64,000 nucleotides of DNA from Candidatus Marinacidobacterales bacterium (lineage in GTDB: Bacteria; Acidobacteriota; Vicinamibacteria; Marinacidobacterales; SMYC01). The notes under the pieces are model-generated. The model had not been told where the DNA came from. It did not search any database and saw only the letters and a program-made list of their open reading frames with translations. Position numbers and translations under genes: made by a program. Shown in pieces: positions 42,648-51,787 of this stretch. The stretch is taken from positions 7,616,001-7,680,000 of the forward strand of contig OZ250169.1 in the NCBI GenBank assembly GCA_965237955.1, given 5' to 3'. Within the stretch, counting starts at the first letter, position 1. Each line of letters starts with the position of its first letter.

Positions 42648-43693
42648 CGGACCATGGTACGCCGATTACTTCGACCAATTCGGCAAGCGTAAACGCCAAT
42701 CGCTCAAGACGACCAACAAGAGAGAGGCTGAACGAAGACATCGTCGCATTCTCAATCGAGTCGAGGATATCAAGCTTGGTGTGGCGCGCCCCGAACCCCC
42801 GAAGCTCCTGACCTTCTGTGAGTTCGCCGACAAGTACCTTCGTGACCATGCCTCGAAGAAGCAGGACGGCGGAAGAATGGACCGCATCCGGCTACAAAAA
42901 CATCTCCGTCCGCGATTCGGAACGAGACCTCTTGCAGAGATACACCGAGAGGATATTGCCAGATACCAGGCCGATAGAATGATGGAGAAAGCAGCGCCCG
43001 CAACTGTCAATCGAGAGACGCAGTTACTGAAGAGTATCTACTCCAGGGCAATCGACTGGGGCTTTGCCTACGAGAATCCAGCTCGAGGCGTGAAGCTTCT
43101 ACGCGAGAACAACAACAAGGAACGGGTGCTATCGCAGGAGGAGGAAGAGGCGTTGCTTGGCGCCGCGCGCACGAGTCGTCAGCCGAAGTTGGCGGCGTTC
43201 ATTATCCTTGCTCTCAACACTGGCCTTCGTAGAGGAGAACTGCTACGACTGGAATGGCGCGATGTTGACCGAGAACATCGCCACCTTGTCGTGCAACGGT
43301 CCAAAAGCGGGAAGTCTCGGCGGGTGCCGCTGAACTCAGTCGCGATGGACGCGGTCGAAGAGTTGCAGCCGGAAGCCTCAGGGAGGTTGTTCGATTTCGG
43401 CACGCAGGTATCAAAAACAACAACCAAGGCTGCCGAGAGGGCGGGGCTCAAGGGCGTCACGCTCCATACGTGCCGTCACACATTCTGCAGTCGGCTCGTA
43501 GCTCCGCGGGGCAGACCTCGTAACGGTGCAGACTCTGGCGGGTCACGCCACTATCGTGACGACGATGCGATATGCTCACGACGTGGCTACGAAAGAAGCG
43601 GTCGAACTACTGGAGCCTGCGCGCAACGACATGTCACACAAGCGTCACAAAGTGCTTCAGTTCAAGAAAGCGAAGACGAAGAACGCTTCATAA
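42622..43693 (+). pseudogene. Tyrosine integrase, +1 frameshift near 43504
   Basis: TGLRRGEL, SK, LHTCRH; LAGHATIVTTMRYAH lies in the shifted frame. Confidence 0.85.
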
Positions 43694-43713
43694 GTGCCTG
43701 CATTCATTCATCT

Positions 43714-43811
43714 GGAAGTGACTGGGGTCTGGTGGCCTCCTCGGACTTCAAATCCGGTGGTCCTTGGTTAATCCCTGGGACGGTGGGTTCGATTCCCACG
43801 CACTTCCGCCA
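43714..43811 (+). tRNA. selC: tRNA-Sec (UCA)
   Basis: GGAAG acceptor, 6-bp D stem with TGGT loop, CT-TCA-AA anticodon loop, long variable arm, GTTCGATTC, GCCA end. Confidence 0.93.
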
Positions 43812-43818
43812 ACGCGCG

Positions 43819-44106
43819 ATGAGCGAGAACGACGGACCGGTCGAGCTTCCCATCGAGGACAGCATCGATCTCCACACGTTTGCTCCACGGGACATCCCGG
43901 ACGTCGTGGAGTCCTACCTCGAAGCAGCGCACGAGGAAGGGCTCGAAGAAGTCCGCATCATCCACGGTCGTGGGAAAGGCGTTCAAAAAGAACGCGTGCG
44001 TCAGGTCCTCGAAAAGAACGACCTCGTAGCGCATTTCGAAGAAGCAACATACGACCGCGGAGGCTGGGGCGCTACGGTGGTGATCTTGAAGCGCGGCGCG
44101 CATTGA
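43819..44106 (+). CDS. Smr/MutS2 domain protein
   Basis: IDLH, IIHGRGKG, GGWGATVV. Confidence 0.9.
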   Translation: MSENDGPVELPIEDSIDLHTFAPRDIPDVVESYLEAAHEEGLEEVRIIHGRGKGVQKERVRQVLEKNDLVAHFEEATYDRGGWGATVVILKRGAH

Positions 44107-44131
44107 CAATATACTCAATATGATGCAAAAT
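44103..44131 (+). promoter_or_regulatory. Sigma70 promoter of the TA operon (probably leaderless)
   Basis: TTGACA-N17-CAAAAT, ATG 6 nt downstream. Confidence 0.55.
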
Positions 44132-44137
44132 AAATAC

Positions 44138-44401
44138 ATGACCAAGGATGCTGCTATGACGATCCGAATTCCCTCGTCTCTGAAACGGAGGCTCGAGGCG
44201 CGTGCCGAGGAGCAACATCGATCGCTCTCGGCCCAGGTTGCCGCGGATCTGGAAAGCGTGCTCGATTCGCTCACACAGAGTGGTGTGGAGGGCCGGTTTC
44301 TCGGACTTTACGAAGGAACGGCGGTACCGACAGATGACGACATCGAAGAGGTTCGTAGCCTGCTGTGGGGGAGCATGAGCCGTCTCGAGGAGCGTGTCTA
44401 G
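44138..44401 (+). CDS. Ribbon-helix-helix antitoxin
   Basis: MTIRIPSSLKRRLEARA...RSLS; overlaps the PIN gene. Confidence 0.75.
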   Translation: MTKDAAMTIRIPSSLKRRLEARAEEQHRSLSAQVAADLESVLDSLTQSGVEGRFLGLYEGTAVPTDDDIEEVRSLLWGSMSRLEERV

Positions 44402-44789
44402 CTACGTTCTGGACACGCATGCGTGCGTGTTCTCTCTCGCCGCTCCGCGCAAGCTAGGACCCAAGGCGAGAAAAGCATTGGTCTCGGTCGAGGCGGGTGG
44501 GAGTGAGGCGTGGATTCCCGCCGCGGTCGTCGCGGAAGTCGTTTTGTTGAGGGAGCTCGGGCGAATCGAGATCGGTCTTTCGCACCTCAAGACCGCCATG
44601 GAGGAAGCTCCCGGATTGCGCTTCCTTCCTATGGATCTACGTCAGCTGGATGAGTTCGCTGCGCTCGGCGCGATTCGGGATCCGTTCGACAGACTCATTG
44701 TGAGTGCTTCCCGAGCTGTCGGGGCTCGACTCATCACGAAGGACGACTCCCTGCAGGAACAAGGTCTGGTTCAGACGGTGTGGTCTTGA
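44394..44789 (+). CDS. vapC: PIN domain toxin (VapC family)
   Basis: VLDTH, E, RDPFDRLI, LITKD. Confidence 0.85.
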   Translation: MSSYVLDTHACVFSLAAPRKLGPKARKALVSVEAGGSEAWIPAAVVAEVVLLRELGRIEIGLSHLKTAMEEAPGLRFLPMDLRQLDEFAALGAIRDPFDRLIVSASRAVGARLITKDDSLQEQGLVQTVWS

Positions 44790-44894
44790 TGTCACCGCTT
44801 TCCACGACGAGTTCGTCAAGATCGCAAGAGCTGAAGCGCGTCAGCCTGAAACCGTGACTGTTGGCGCGTGATAAAATATACTGTGACTTCACGA

Positions 44895-45436
44895 ATGACC
44901 GAGGTGGAAAAGCGCCGCCAACGTCGCACGTCGGCTCCGACCCGTGTTCTCCGAGGTACGCCAGAGCCGCGTCAAGACGACGTGATGCCTCGATGTCACC
45001 GGCTGAGCGGATGGCAATGGTGTGGCAGCTTACGGTCGAGTGCCTCGCTTGGGCAGGTGCGGATGCAAACGAACTCCGACTTCAGGGGCACGTTCGCGCC
45101 ACCAAAGAGCTGGGTGTGTGGGTAGAGGCGTCGCCGGAGAATGCCGAGCGGGTATACCGAGCGCTCGCCGTCTTTGGGGCTCCACTGGACGATCTGACGG
45201 TGAAAGACCTGGCCTCCTCGGACCTGATCTTCCAGATTGGAGTTCCTCCACTGCGCGTCGACATCATCACGTCCATTGATGGCGTTGAGTTCGTCGATGC
45301 CTGGCCCGAGAGAGTGTCGTCGGAGTACGGGGATCAGCCGGTTCACGTACTGTCGCGCCGCGATCTCATCCAGAAGGCTGCCGGTCGACTCCAGGATTTG
45401 ACCGATGTCGACGCCTTGGAAGGTGGCGGCGACTAG
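44895..45436 (+). pseudogene. Small hypothetical gene fused by deletion to a nucleotidyltransferase
   Basis: ...ELRLQ | GHVRATKELGVWV...PPLRVDI...GRLQD; DxD is degraded. Confidence 0.6.
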
Positions 45437-46716
45437 GCTGGCCTCGTCAGGAGCTCCGGGAGCCAGAGGCTCAGCGCCGGGAAAAACGTCACCAGCAGCA
45501 ACACCACCGCGAGTGCGAGGATGAAGAAGATGTTCACGCGCATCACCTCGGACATCGGGACGTCGGCAATCGAGCAGGTCGTGATGAGCACCGACGCCAC
45601 TGGCGGCGTTTGCTGGCCGATCGCTAGGCTCACGGTCACCATCAACCCGAAGTGAATTGGGTCGATGCCGAGTTGGTTCGTGAGCGGCAGTAGGATCGGC
45701 ACGAGCAAGACGATGGCGGCGGCGCTGTGAAGGATCATCCCGGCTCCGAGAAGGATGGCGTCGATCAGAAGTAGCGCCGCCACCTGGCCGGTGACGTTCG
45801 TGAGGATGAACGTTGCCAGACGCTCGGGGACCTGTTGGTTGGCCAGATACCATCCCAGCACAGCGGAACCAGCCACGAGGATCATCACCACGGCGGTTTG
45901 CCGGGCGGATTCGACGAGAATCTTCCCGAGGGCATTCACCGCCATGCCCCGGTAAAGAAAGAGCCCGAGGCCGAGCGCGAGGAACACCGCAACGGCGGCG
46001 GCTTCAGTCGCGGTGAAGATGCCCGCGAAGATGCCGCCGAGAATGACGATCGGTAGGCTCAGGGCAAAGAATGCACGCCGGAAGCTGGTTGTGACCTTCT
46101 TGATAGCGAACGGCTCTGACTCCGCGAAACCGCCTCGTCCGGCAAGCCAATAGCTCGTCGCCATGATCGCGACGCCGGCGAGGATCCCGGGAATCACGCC
46201 GGCAATGAAGAGCTTCACGATCGACTCACCGGCGATCGCGCCGAATAGGATCATAGGGATCGATGGCGGGATGATGATCGCGATGGTGGCGGACGACGAC
46301 AACACCGCGGCGGCGAAAGGGGCAGGATAGCCGCGTTCTTTCATCGCGGGAATGAGCACGCTTCCAAGCGCGGCGGCATCGGCGACGGCGGAGCCGGAGA
46401 CTTCGGAGAAGAACATGCTCGAAAGCGTTGTCGTCATCGCCAGGCCGCCGCGGACGAACCCCACCAGGCTCGCGGCGAAGTCGATGAGACGTTTCGAGAT
46501 CCCGGCGTAGTTCATCAGCGCGCCGGCCAGAATGAAGAGTGGCACCGCGACCATTGGGAAGTTGTCGGTGCCGTTGAAGAGGCGTTGCACCACGACGACG
46601 AGTGGCGTCGACGTCGTGGTCGCGATGACCACGATGCCGGCTGCGATCAGTGCGTAGCCGATGGGGACTCCGATGGCGATGAGGACTAGGAGCAGCGGGA
46701 GCAGCAGAAATTCCAT
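45433..46716 (-). CDS. dctM: TRAP transporter large permease
   Basis: AVPLFILAG, SGSAVAD, IPPSI, FTATEAA, DPIHFG, TPP. Confidence 0.92.
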   Translation of the reverse strand: MEFLLLPLLLVLIAIGVPIGYALIAAGIVVIATTTSTPLVVVVQRLFNGTDNFPMVAVPLFILAGALMNYAGISKRLIDFAASLVGFVRGGLAMTTTLSSMFFSEVSGSAVADAAALGSVLIPAMKERGYPAPFAAAVLSSSATIAIIIPPSIPMILFGAIAGESIVKLFIAGVIPGILAGVAIMATSYWLAGRGGFAESEPFAIKKVTTSFRRAFFALSLPIVILGGIFAGIFTATEAAAVAVFLALGLGLFLYRGMAVNALGKILVESARQTAVVMILVAGSAVLGWYLANQQVPERLATFILTNVTGQVAALLLIDAILLGAGMILHSAAAIVLLVPILLPLTNQLGIDPIHFGLMVTVSLAIGQQTPPVASVLITTCSIADVPMSEVMRVNIFFILALAVVLLLVTFFPALSLWLPELLTRPA

Positions 46717-46724
46717 CTAGTCTT

Positions 46725-47210
46725 CTAGTCTGAGTCTGGTGAGGCGAAAAGCCGCGCGATCTGGATTGCCTCGATCAGCAGCATGAAGACCGCTGAAAGC
46801 GGGATCACCAGATAAACGAGACCCGCGGGAATGTCGATGGTGATGGCGCGTTCCGTCAGGAACCGCAAAACAAGCTGAGCTCCGTAGATGAGGAGAACGA
46901 CGTGGACGGCCACCATAAGACCGTGTGCCGTGAGCTCGAGGATGCGGCGCGCACCAGGGGAGACACTCTCGAGAAGGTTGTCGATCCCGATGTGCTGGTG
47001 GTACGAGCGCGCCAGTACCGCGCCCAAAAACGTCAGCCACACCAGCAAGTAGCCGACGAACTCGTCGTACCAAACGAAGCTTCCACCGAACGGCCTGCGA
47101 GCGACCTCGATGAAACAGATCGACGCAATCGCACCGAGGATGAGGGCGACCGCGATCGTGAGGAACGAGCGCAGCGCGCGTTCGATGCGCCCGACCGAAA
47201 AAAGATGCAC
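46725..47210 (-). CDS. dctQ: TRAP transporter small permease
   Basis: Four TMs, WYDE...VWLTFLGA...HIGID. Confidence 0.85.
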   Translation of the reverse strand: MHLFSVGRIERALRSFLTIAVALILGAIASICFIEVARRPFGGSFVWYDEFVGYLLVWLTFLGAVLARSYHQHIGIDNLLESVSPGARRILELTAHGLMVAVHVVLLIYGAQLVLRFLTERAITIDIPAGLVYLVIPLSAVFMLLIEAIQIARLFASPDSD

Positions 47211-47211
47211 G

Positions 47212-48195
47212 CTAGTCTTGAGCTCGATAGGAGCGGATCGTCGTAACGAGCTCGGGGCCGTAATGGTCGTTGAACTCTTCGTAGAGCGACTCTGTTCGGG
47301 CGGCGAACGCGTCGCGGTCGATCTCGGTAATCTCGAGCTGATCCTCCAGCATCGTCCGGTATCGGACGTCTTCTTTCTCTCCGAGCTCTCGGTGAAGACG
47401 CCCGACTTCTTCGGCAACCTCCAGAATCGCCTGTTGGACGTCCGCGTCGAGCGAGTCGAAGTAGCGGCGGCTCATGAGGGGGTAGGCCGGCGTGTAGACG
47501 TGGCGCGAGATGGAAAGGTATGCCTGTACTTCGTGAAACCGCGCAGGGACGATCTGCGAGAACGGATTTTCCTGGCCGTCGATAACGCCTTGCTTGAGAG
47601 CTGAGAAGACTTCGCCGTAGCTCATCGATGTGGGGTTGGCGCCAAAGGCTTTGAAGAGTTTCACCCGCTCCGGGTCTTTCGGAGTGCGGATCTTGATGCC
47701 TTCGAGGTCTTCCGGTCGCACGATGGGACGGACGTTGTTGGTGATCATCCGGAAGCCGTTCTCCCAGAACGCGAGGAGGACGAGATCGTGCTCGAGAAGT
47801 TTTTCTTTCAGCTTCTCGCCGATCGGTCCTTCGGCGATGCGAGCCATCTGCTCGCGATTTTCGATGAGGAACGGCAGGTCGAAGACGCCGACCATGGGCT
47901 CGACCGAATGGAGCACCGACGAGGGAACGTGCATCTCGACGGTGCCGAGACGCAAACCCTCGAGCATCTCCTTGTCTTCGCCGAGTTGGCCGGAGCCAAA
48001 GATACGCACTTCGACGCGGTCCGGCATCCGGGCCTCGAGGAGCTCCTTGAACTTTCGCGCGCCGCGATCGAACGGGGACTCGGGGAAGCCGATATGGCCC
48101 AAGCGGATGACGAGCCTGTCTTTGTCAGTACCACGGTCGGGTCCACCGCATGAGAGCGATAGCAGGAGCAGCGACAATAGCCACCAGCGTTTCAC
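47212..48195 (-). CDS. dctP: TRAP substrate-binding lipoprotein
   Basis: LSLSC lipobox, DLPFL, ENGFR, KIR, DGQENP. Confidence 0.9.
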   Translation of the reverse strand: MKRWWLLSLLLLSLSCGGPDRGTDKDRLVIRLGHIGFPESPFDRGARKFKELLEARMPDRVEVRIFGSGQLGEDKEMLEGLRLGTVEMHVPSSVLHSVEPMVGVFDLPFLIENREQMARIAEGPIGEKLKEKLLEHDLVLLAFWENGFRMITNNVRPIVRPEDLEGIKIRTPKDPERVKLFKAFGANPTSMSYGEVFSALKQGVIDGQENPFSQIVPARFHEVQAYLSISRHVYTPAYPLMSRRYFDSLDADVQQAILEVAEEVGRLHRELGEKEDVRYRTMLEDQLEITEIDRDAFAARTESLYEEFNDHYGPELVTTIRSYRAQD

Positions 48196-48255
48196 GGGGG
48201 TGAATTTAGCACAGTCAGCATCGGTCGGCACACCAGGCTGATAAGATGTCCCGCT

Positions 48256-51096
48256 ATGACGCTTGCGGAGGAGTTGCGAGGGCGGATCGAAGGTGAAGTC
48301 CGTTTTGATCGCTACACCAGGATGTTGTACTCGACCGACGCGAGCATCTATCAGATAGAGCCGATTGGTGTCGTGATCCCGCGCCACGTTGGTGACGTCG
48401 AGGAAACGATGCGGCTTGCGGCTCGCGAAGGGGTTCCCGTTCTTCCTCGCGGCGGTGGTACGTCGCTTGCCGGCCAAGCCGTCGGCGAAGCGATCATTCT
48501 CGATCTCTCCAAGTACATGCGGGAGATCGTCGAGGTTTCGCCGGAAGAGGGCTGGGCCAGAGTGCAGCCGGGCGTGGTCCACGACGTGTTGGGCGCTCAT
48601 CTCGAACCATACGGTTTGCGCTTCGGACCCGAGACCGCGACGAGCAATCGTGCAAACCTCGGCGGCATGATCGGCAACAACTCAGCCGGCGCACGCTCGC
48701 TCGTCTACGGCAAGACCGTCGACAATATCCTCGAAGTTCGTGCGGTGCTCTCGGACGGAACCCAGGCCACGTTCGGACCGGTGAAGCGAAGCGAGCTATC
48801 GTCGAGGCTCAACGGTGACAGCCTTGAGGCATCGATTTACCGGACAGCGTTGGCACTCGCCGACGCTCACCGTGACGAGATCGACCGTCGCTACCCCAAG
48901 ATTCCGCGGCGGGTCAGCGGCTACAACCTCGACGAGCTTCTCGATCCGGATGAAGTCAACCTGGCGAAGCTCGTCGTCGGATCCGAAGGAACGCTCGCGA
49001 CGGTCGTCGAAGCCAAGCTGAAGCTCGTCCCGCTGCCGCCGGCCGTCGGTCTCGCGGTACTCCATTTCGATAGCCTCCTTCCCGCGCTCGAGACCGGTAC
49101 CGAGATTCTCGAGCTCGAGCCTTCCGCGGTCGAGCTCGTGGACGAGATGGTCATGGACTTGGCGCGGAAATCGCTCGAGTACTCACGCCTCATGCATTTC
49201 GTTCAAGGCGAGCCGAAGGCCCTTATCATCGTGGAGTTTTCGGGCGAGAACGACAACGAAGTTCTCGCAAAGCTCGACGCTCTCGAGGCGCGCGTCGGCT
49301 CACAGGCGTTGCCGATGGTGCGCGTACTCGACGCCGCTGGTCAGGCGAACGTGTGGAACGTACGCAAGGCGGCGTTGCCCCTGCTTCTGGGGCTCCCCGG
49401 CGATCACAAGCCCATCGCATTCGTGGAGGACACCGCGGTCGCGCCCGAGCGGATCCCGGAGTTCATTCGCCGCTTCGAAGAGATTCTGGGCAATCACAAC
49501 ACGATCGGATCTTTTTATGCCCACGCCGGCGCCGGCTGTCTTCATATCCGTCCGCTCGTGAATCTCAAACACGGTGCCGAGGTTACCAAGATGACTACGA
49601 TCGCCGAGGAAGTTTTCGACCTCGTGATCGAGTTCGGTGGCTCGATGAGCGGTGAGCACGGCGACGGTCTCGCGCGGAGCCACTTCAACGAGCGTCTCTT
49701 CGGCGAGCAGATTTACGGTGCTTTCAAAGAGCTCAAGGCGGCGTTCGATCCGAAAGGCATCATGAACCCAGGCAAAGTCGTCGATGCTCCGGCGATGGAT
49801 AAGAACTTACGCTACGGCGACGAGTATCGCGCCCGCGAACCGGAGACGGTGTTCCCGTACGCGGCCGAAGGTGGCTTTGCGCGGGCGATCGAGCTTTGTA
49901 ATGGCGCCGGCGTCTGCCGCAAGAGCCTCGAAGGCACGATGTGTCCCTCGTTCATGGTCACCCATGACGAAGAGCACTCGACGCGGGGGCGGGCGAACGC
50001 GCTCCGCGCCGTACTCGACGGACGCCTCCCGCCGGAGGAGATGACGAGCGATCGGCTCCACGACGTCATGGACCTCTGTATCTCGTGCAAAGGCTGCAAA
50101 GCCGAGTGTCCGTCCAATGTGGACATGGCACGTCTGAAGTCGGAGTTTCTGTCTCTCTACCACCGCGAGCGCGGCTATTCGCTACGCGATCGCCTGTTCA
50201 CGCGGCCCGATGTCGCCGGCCGCTGGGGCGTCGCGACGCGGCCCGTCGCGAACTGGATCATCCGGCAGAAGTGGTTTCGGGCGCTCCTCGAGAACGTCGC
50301 TGGAATCGATCGCCGGCGGAGCCTCCCGGCGTTTGCGAGCCAAACGTTCGCGAGCTGGTTCCAAAGCCGTGGCACCAAGCGCCCCGACAAGAAAGTCAAG
50401 AAAGTCGTGCTGTTCCACGACACGTTCATGAACTACCACGAGCCCGACATCGGCAAAGCGGCGGTAGCGGTCTTGGAAGCGTCTGGCTACGAAGTTGTGC
50501 TCGCGAAGAAAGTCTGTTGCGGGCGTCCGGCGATTTCGAAAGGGATGCTCGACCGCGCGCGCGCGCTAGCGCGGCAAAACGTCGAAGCGTTGACGGGGCG
50601 TGCTCGGGACGGCGTTCCCATCGTGGGACTCGAGCCCTCGTGCATTCTCAGCCTGCGCGATGAGTACCCCGACCTCGTTCCCGGCGACGACGCGAAAGTA
50701 GTAGCGGAGAAGAGTGTACTGCTCGAGGAGCTAGACGGTCTGGAGATCGAGTTTCGAAACCCACATGCGAACGTACTCGTGCACGGGCATTGCCATTCAA
50801 AGGCCCTCGTTGGAATGGAGCCTCTGATGGCATTCCTGAAGAAGATGGCGAGCGACGTTACCTTCGTCGATTCGGGCTGTTGCGGCATGGCGGGCTCGTT
50901 CGGCTACGAGCGAGAGCACTTCGACGTATCCCTCCAGATGGCGGAGCGCCGCCTGTTACCCGCCGTCAGGGATGTTGCTGACGAGACCGTGGTCGTAGCC
51001 CCCGGCACTTCATGCCGGCATCAAATCGCGGATGCGACCGGCCGGCACGCGTTGCACCCAGCGGAACTCGCCGCTCGGGCTGCGGGCCTGATATGA
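48256..51096 (+). CDS. FAD-binding and 4Fe-4S oxidoreductase (YdiJ / GlcD-GlcF-like)
   Basis: RGGGTS, GSEGT, GEHGDG, CISCKGCKAECP, CCG motifs. Confidence 0.9.
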   Translation: MTLAEELRGRIEGEVRFDRYTRMLYSTDASIYQIEPIGVVIPRHVGDVEETMRLAAREGVPVLPRGGGTSLAGQAVGEAIILDLSKYMREIVEVSPEEGWARVQPGVVHDVLGAHLEPYGLRFGPETATSNRANLGGMIGNNSAGARSLVYGKTVDNILEVRAVLSDGTQATFGPVKRSELSSRLNGDSLEASIYRTALALADAHRDEIDRRYPKIPRRVSGYNLDELLDPDEVNLAKLVVGSEGTLATVVEAKLKLVPLPPAVGLAVLHFDSLLPALETGTEILELEPSAVELVDEMVMDLARKSLEYSRLMHFVQGEPKALIIVEFSGENDNEVLAKLDALEARVGSQALPMVRVLDAAGQANVWNVRKAALPLLLGLPGDHKPIAFVEDTAVAPERIPEFIRRFEEILGNHNTIGSFYAHAGAGCLHIRPLVNLKHGAEVTKMTTIAEEVFDLVIEFGGSMSGEHGDGLARSHFNERLFGEQIYGAFKELKAAFDPKGIMNPGKVVDAPAMDKNLRYGDEYRAREPETVFPYAAEGGFARAIELCNGAGVCRKSLEGTMCPSFMVTHDEEHSTRGRANALRAVLDGRLPPEEMTSDRLHDVMDLCISCKGCKAECPSNVDMARLKSEFLSLYHRERGYSLRDRLFTRPDVAGRWGVATRPVANWIIRQKWFRALLENVAGIDRRRSLPAFASQTFASWFQSRGTKRPDKKVKKVVLFHDTFMNYHEPDIGKAAVAVLEASGYEVVLAKKVCCGRPAISKGMLDRARALARQNVEALTGRARDGVPIVGLEPSCILSLRDEYPDLVPGDDAKVVAEKSVLLEELDGLEIEFRNPHANVLVHGHCHSKALVGMEPLMAFLKKMASDVTFVDSGCCGMAGSFGYEREHFDVSLQMAERRLLPAVRDVADETVVVAPGTSCRHQIADATGRHALHPAELAARAAGLI

Positions 51097-51130
51097 CATG
51101 ACATGATATGATATGATATGATATGATATG
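51091..51130 (+). repeat. Pentanucleotide tandem repeat (ATATG/ACATG)x8
   Basis: Directly visible; contains the upstream stop and downstream start. Confidence 0.95.
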
Positions 51131-51787
51131 AGCGCGCTGGTTCTGGATATCGAGACCGTCAGCCAACCGGTGGAGGAGATTCCCGAGCGCGCTCTCGAGT
51201 ATCTCTTCAAGAGTCTCGCACGCGACCAGCCAGATGAAGAGGAGTTGGAACGACGCCGCGACGACATGATCTCGCGCTTCGGGCTCGATCCGACGACCGG
51301 ACGCGTCATCGTCATTGGCCTTCTCGACGTCGACACCCGCGCCGAGACGGCGTTCTCTGACGACTCCGAAAAGGAGCTCCTGACGAAGTTCTGGGACTGG
51401 CTTGCCGCAAACGAGCACGAGCCTTATGTGACGTTCAACGGCAAGCGCTTCGACATACCGTTTCTGAACGTCCGAAGCGCCATCCACGGACTGAACCCGA
51501 GCAAGGTCATACCCGCGGACCCGCTCACGACACGCCCGCACTTCGACGTCCGCGAAGTTTTCGAAGGCAACGAGCGCCGCCGCCGCGGCAGTCTCGATTT
51601 CTTCACCGCGATCTTCGGCATCCCGTCCCCGAAGTCGAAAATGGACGGCGCCAAAGTCAACGACGCGTACGCCGAAGGACGACTGGACGACATCGTCCAG
51701 TACTGTCTCGAAGACTGCCGCGCCACCGCCGCCATTTACGAGAGACTCGCTCCCTTGTACCGCTCTCCAAAACCTGATCAAATCTGA
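51128..51787 (+). CDS. Stand-alone 3'-5' exonuclease (PolB-exo-like, DEDDy)
   Basis: LDIET, TFNGKRFD, YCLED. Confidence 0.85.
   Translation: MSALVLDIETVSQPVEEIPERALEYLFKSLARDQPDEEELERRRDDMISRFGLDPTTGRVIVIGLLDVDTRAETAFSDDSEKELLTKFWDWLAANEHEPYVTFNGKRFDIPFLNVRSAIHGLNPSKVIPADPLTTRPHFDVREVFEGNERRRRGSLDFFTAIFGIPSPKSKMDGAKVNDAYAEGRLDDIVQYCLEDCRATAAIYERLAPLYRSPKPDQI

Noticed and set aside
42622-44106. 494-aa integrase-Smr fusion ORF
   Set aside because: Produced by a frameshift and reads through tRNA-Sec; Smr has its own ATG at 43819
44791-44860. Short open stretch VTAFHDEFVKIARAE, possibly a gene tail
   Set aside because: Too short to assign
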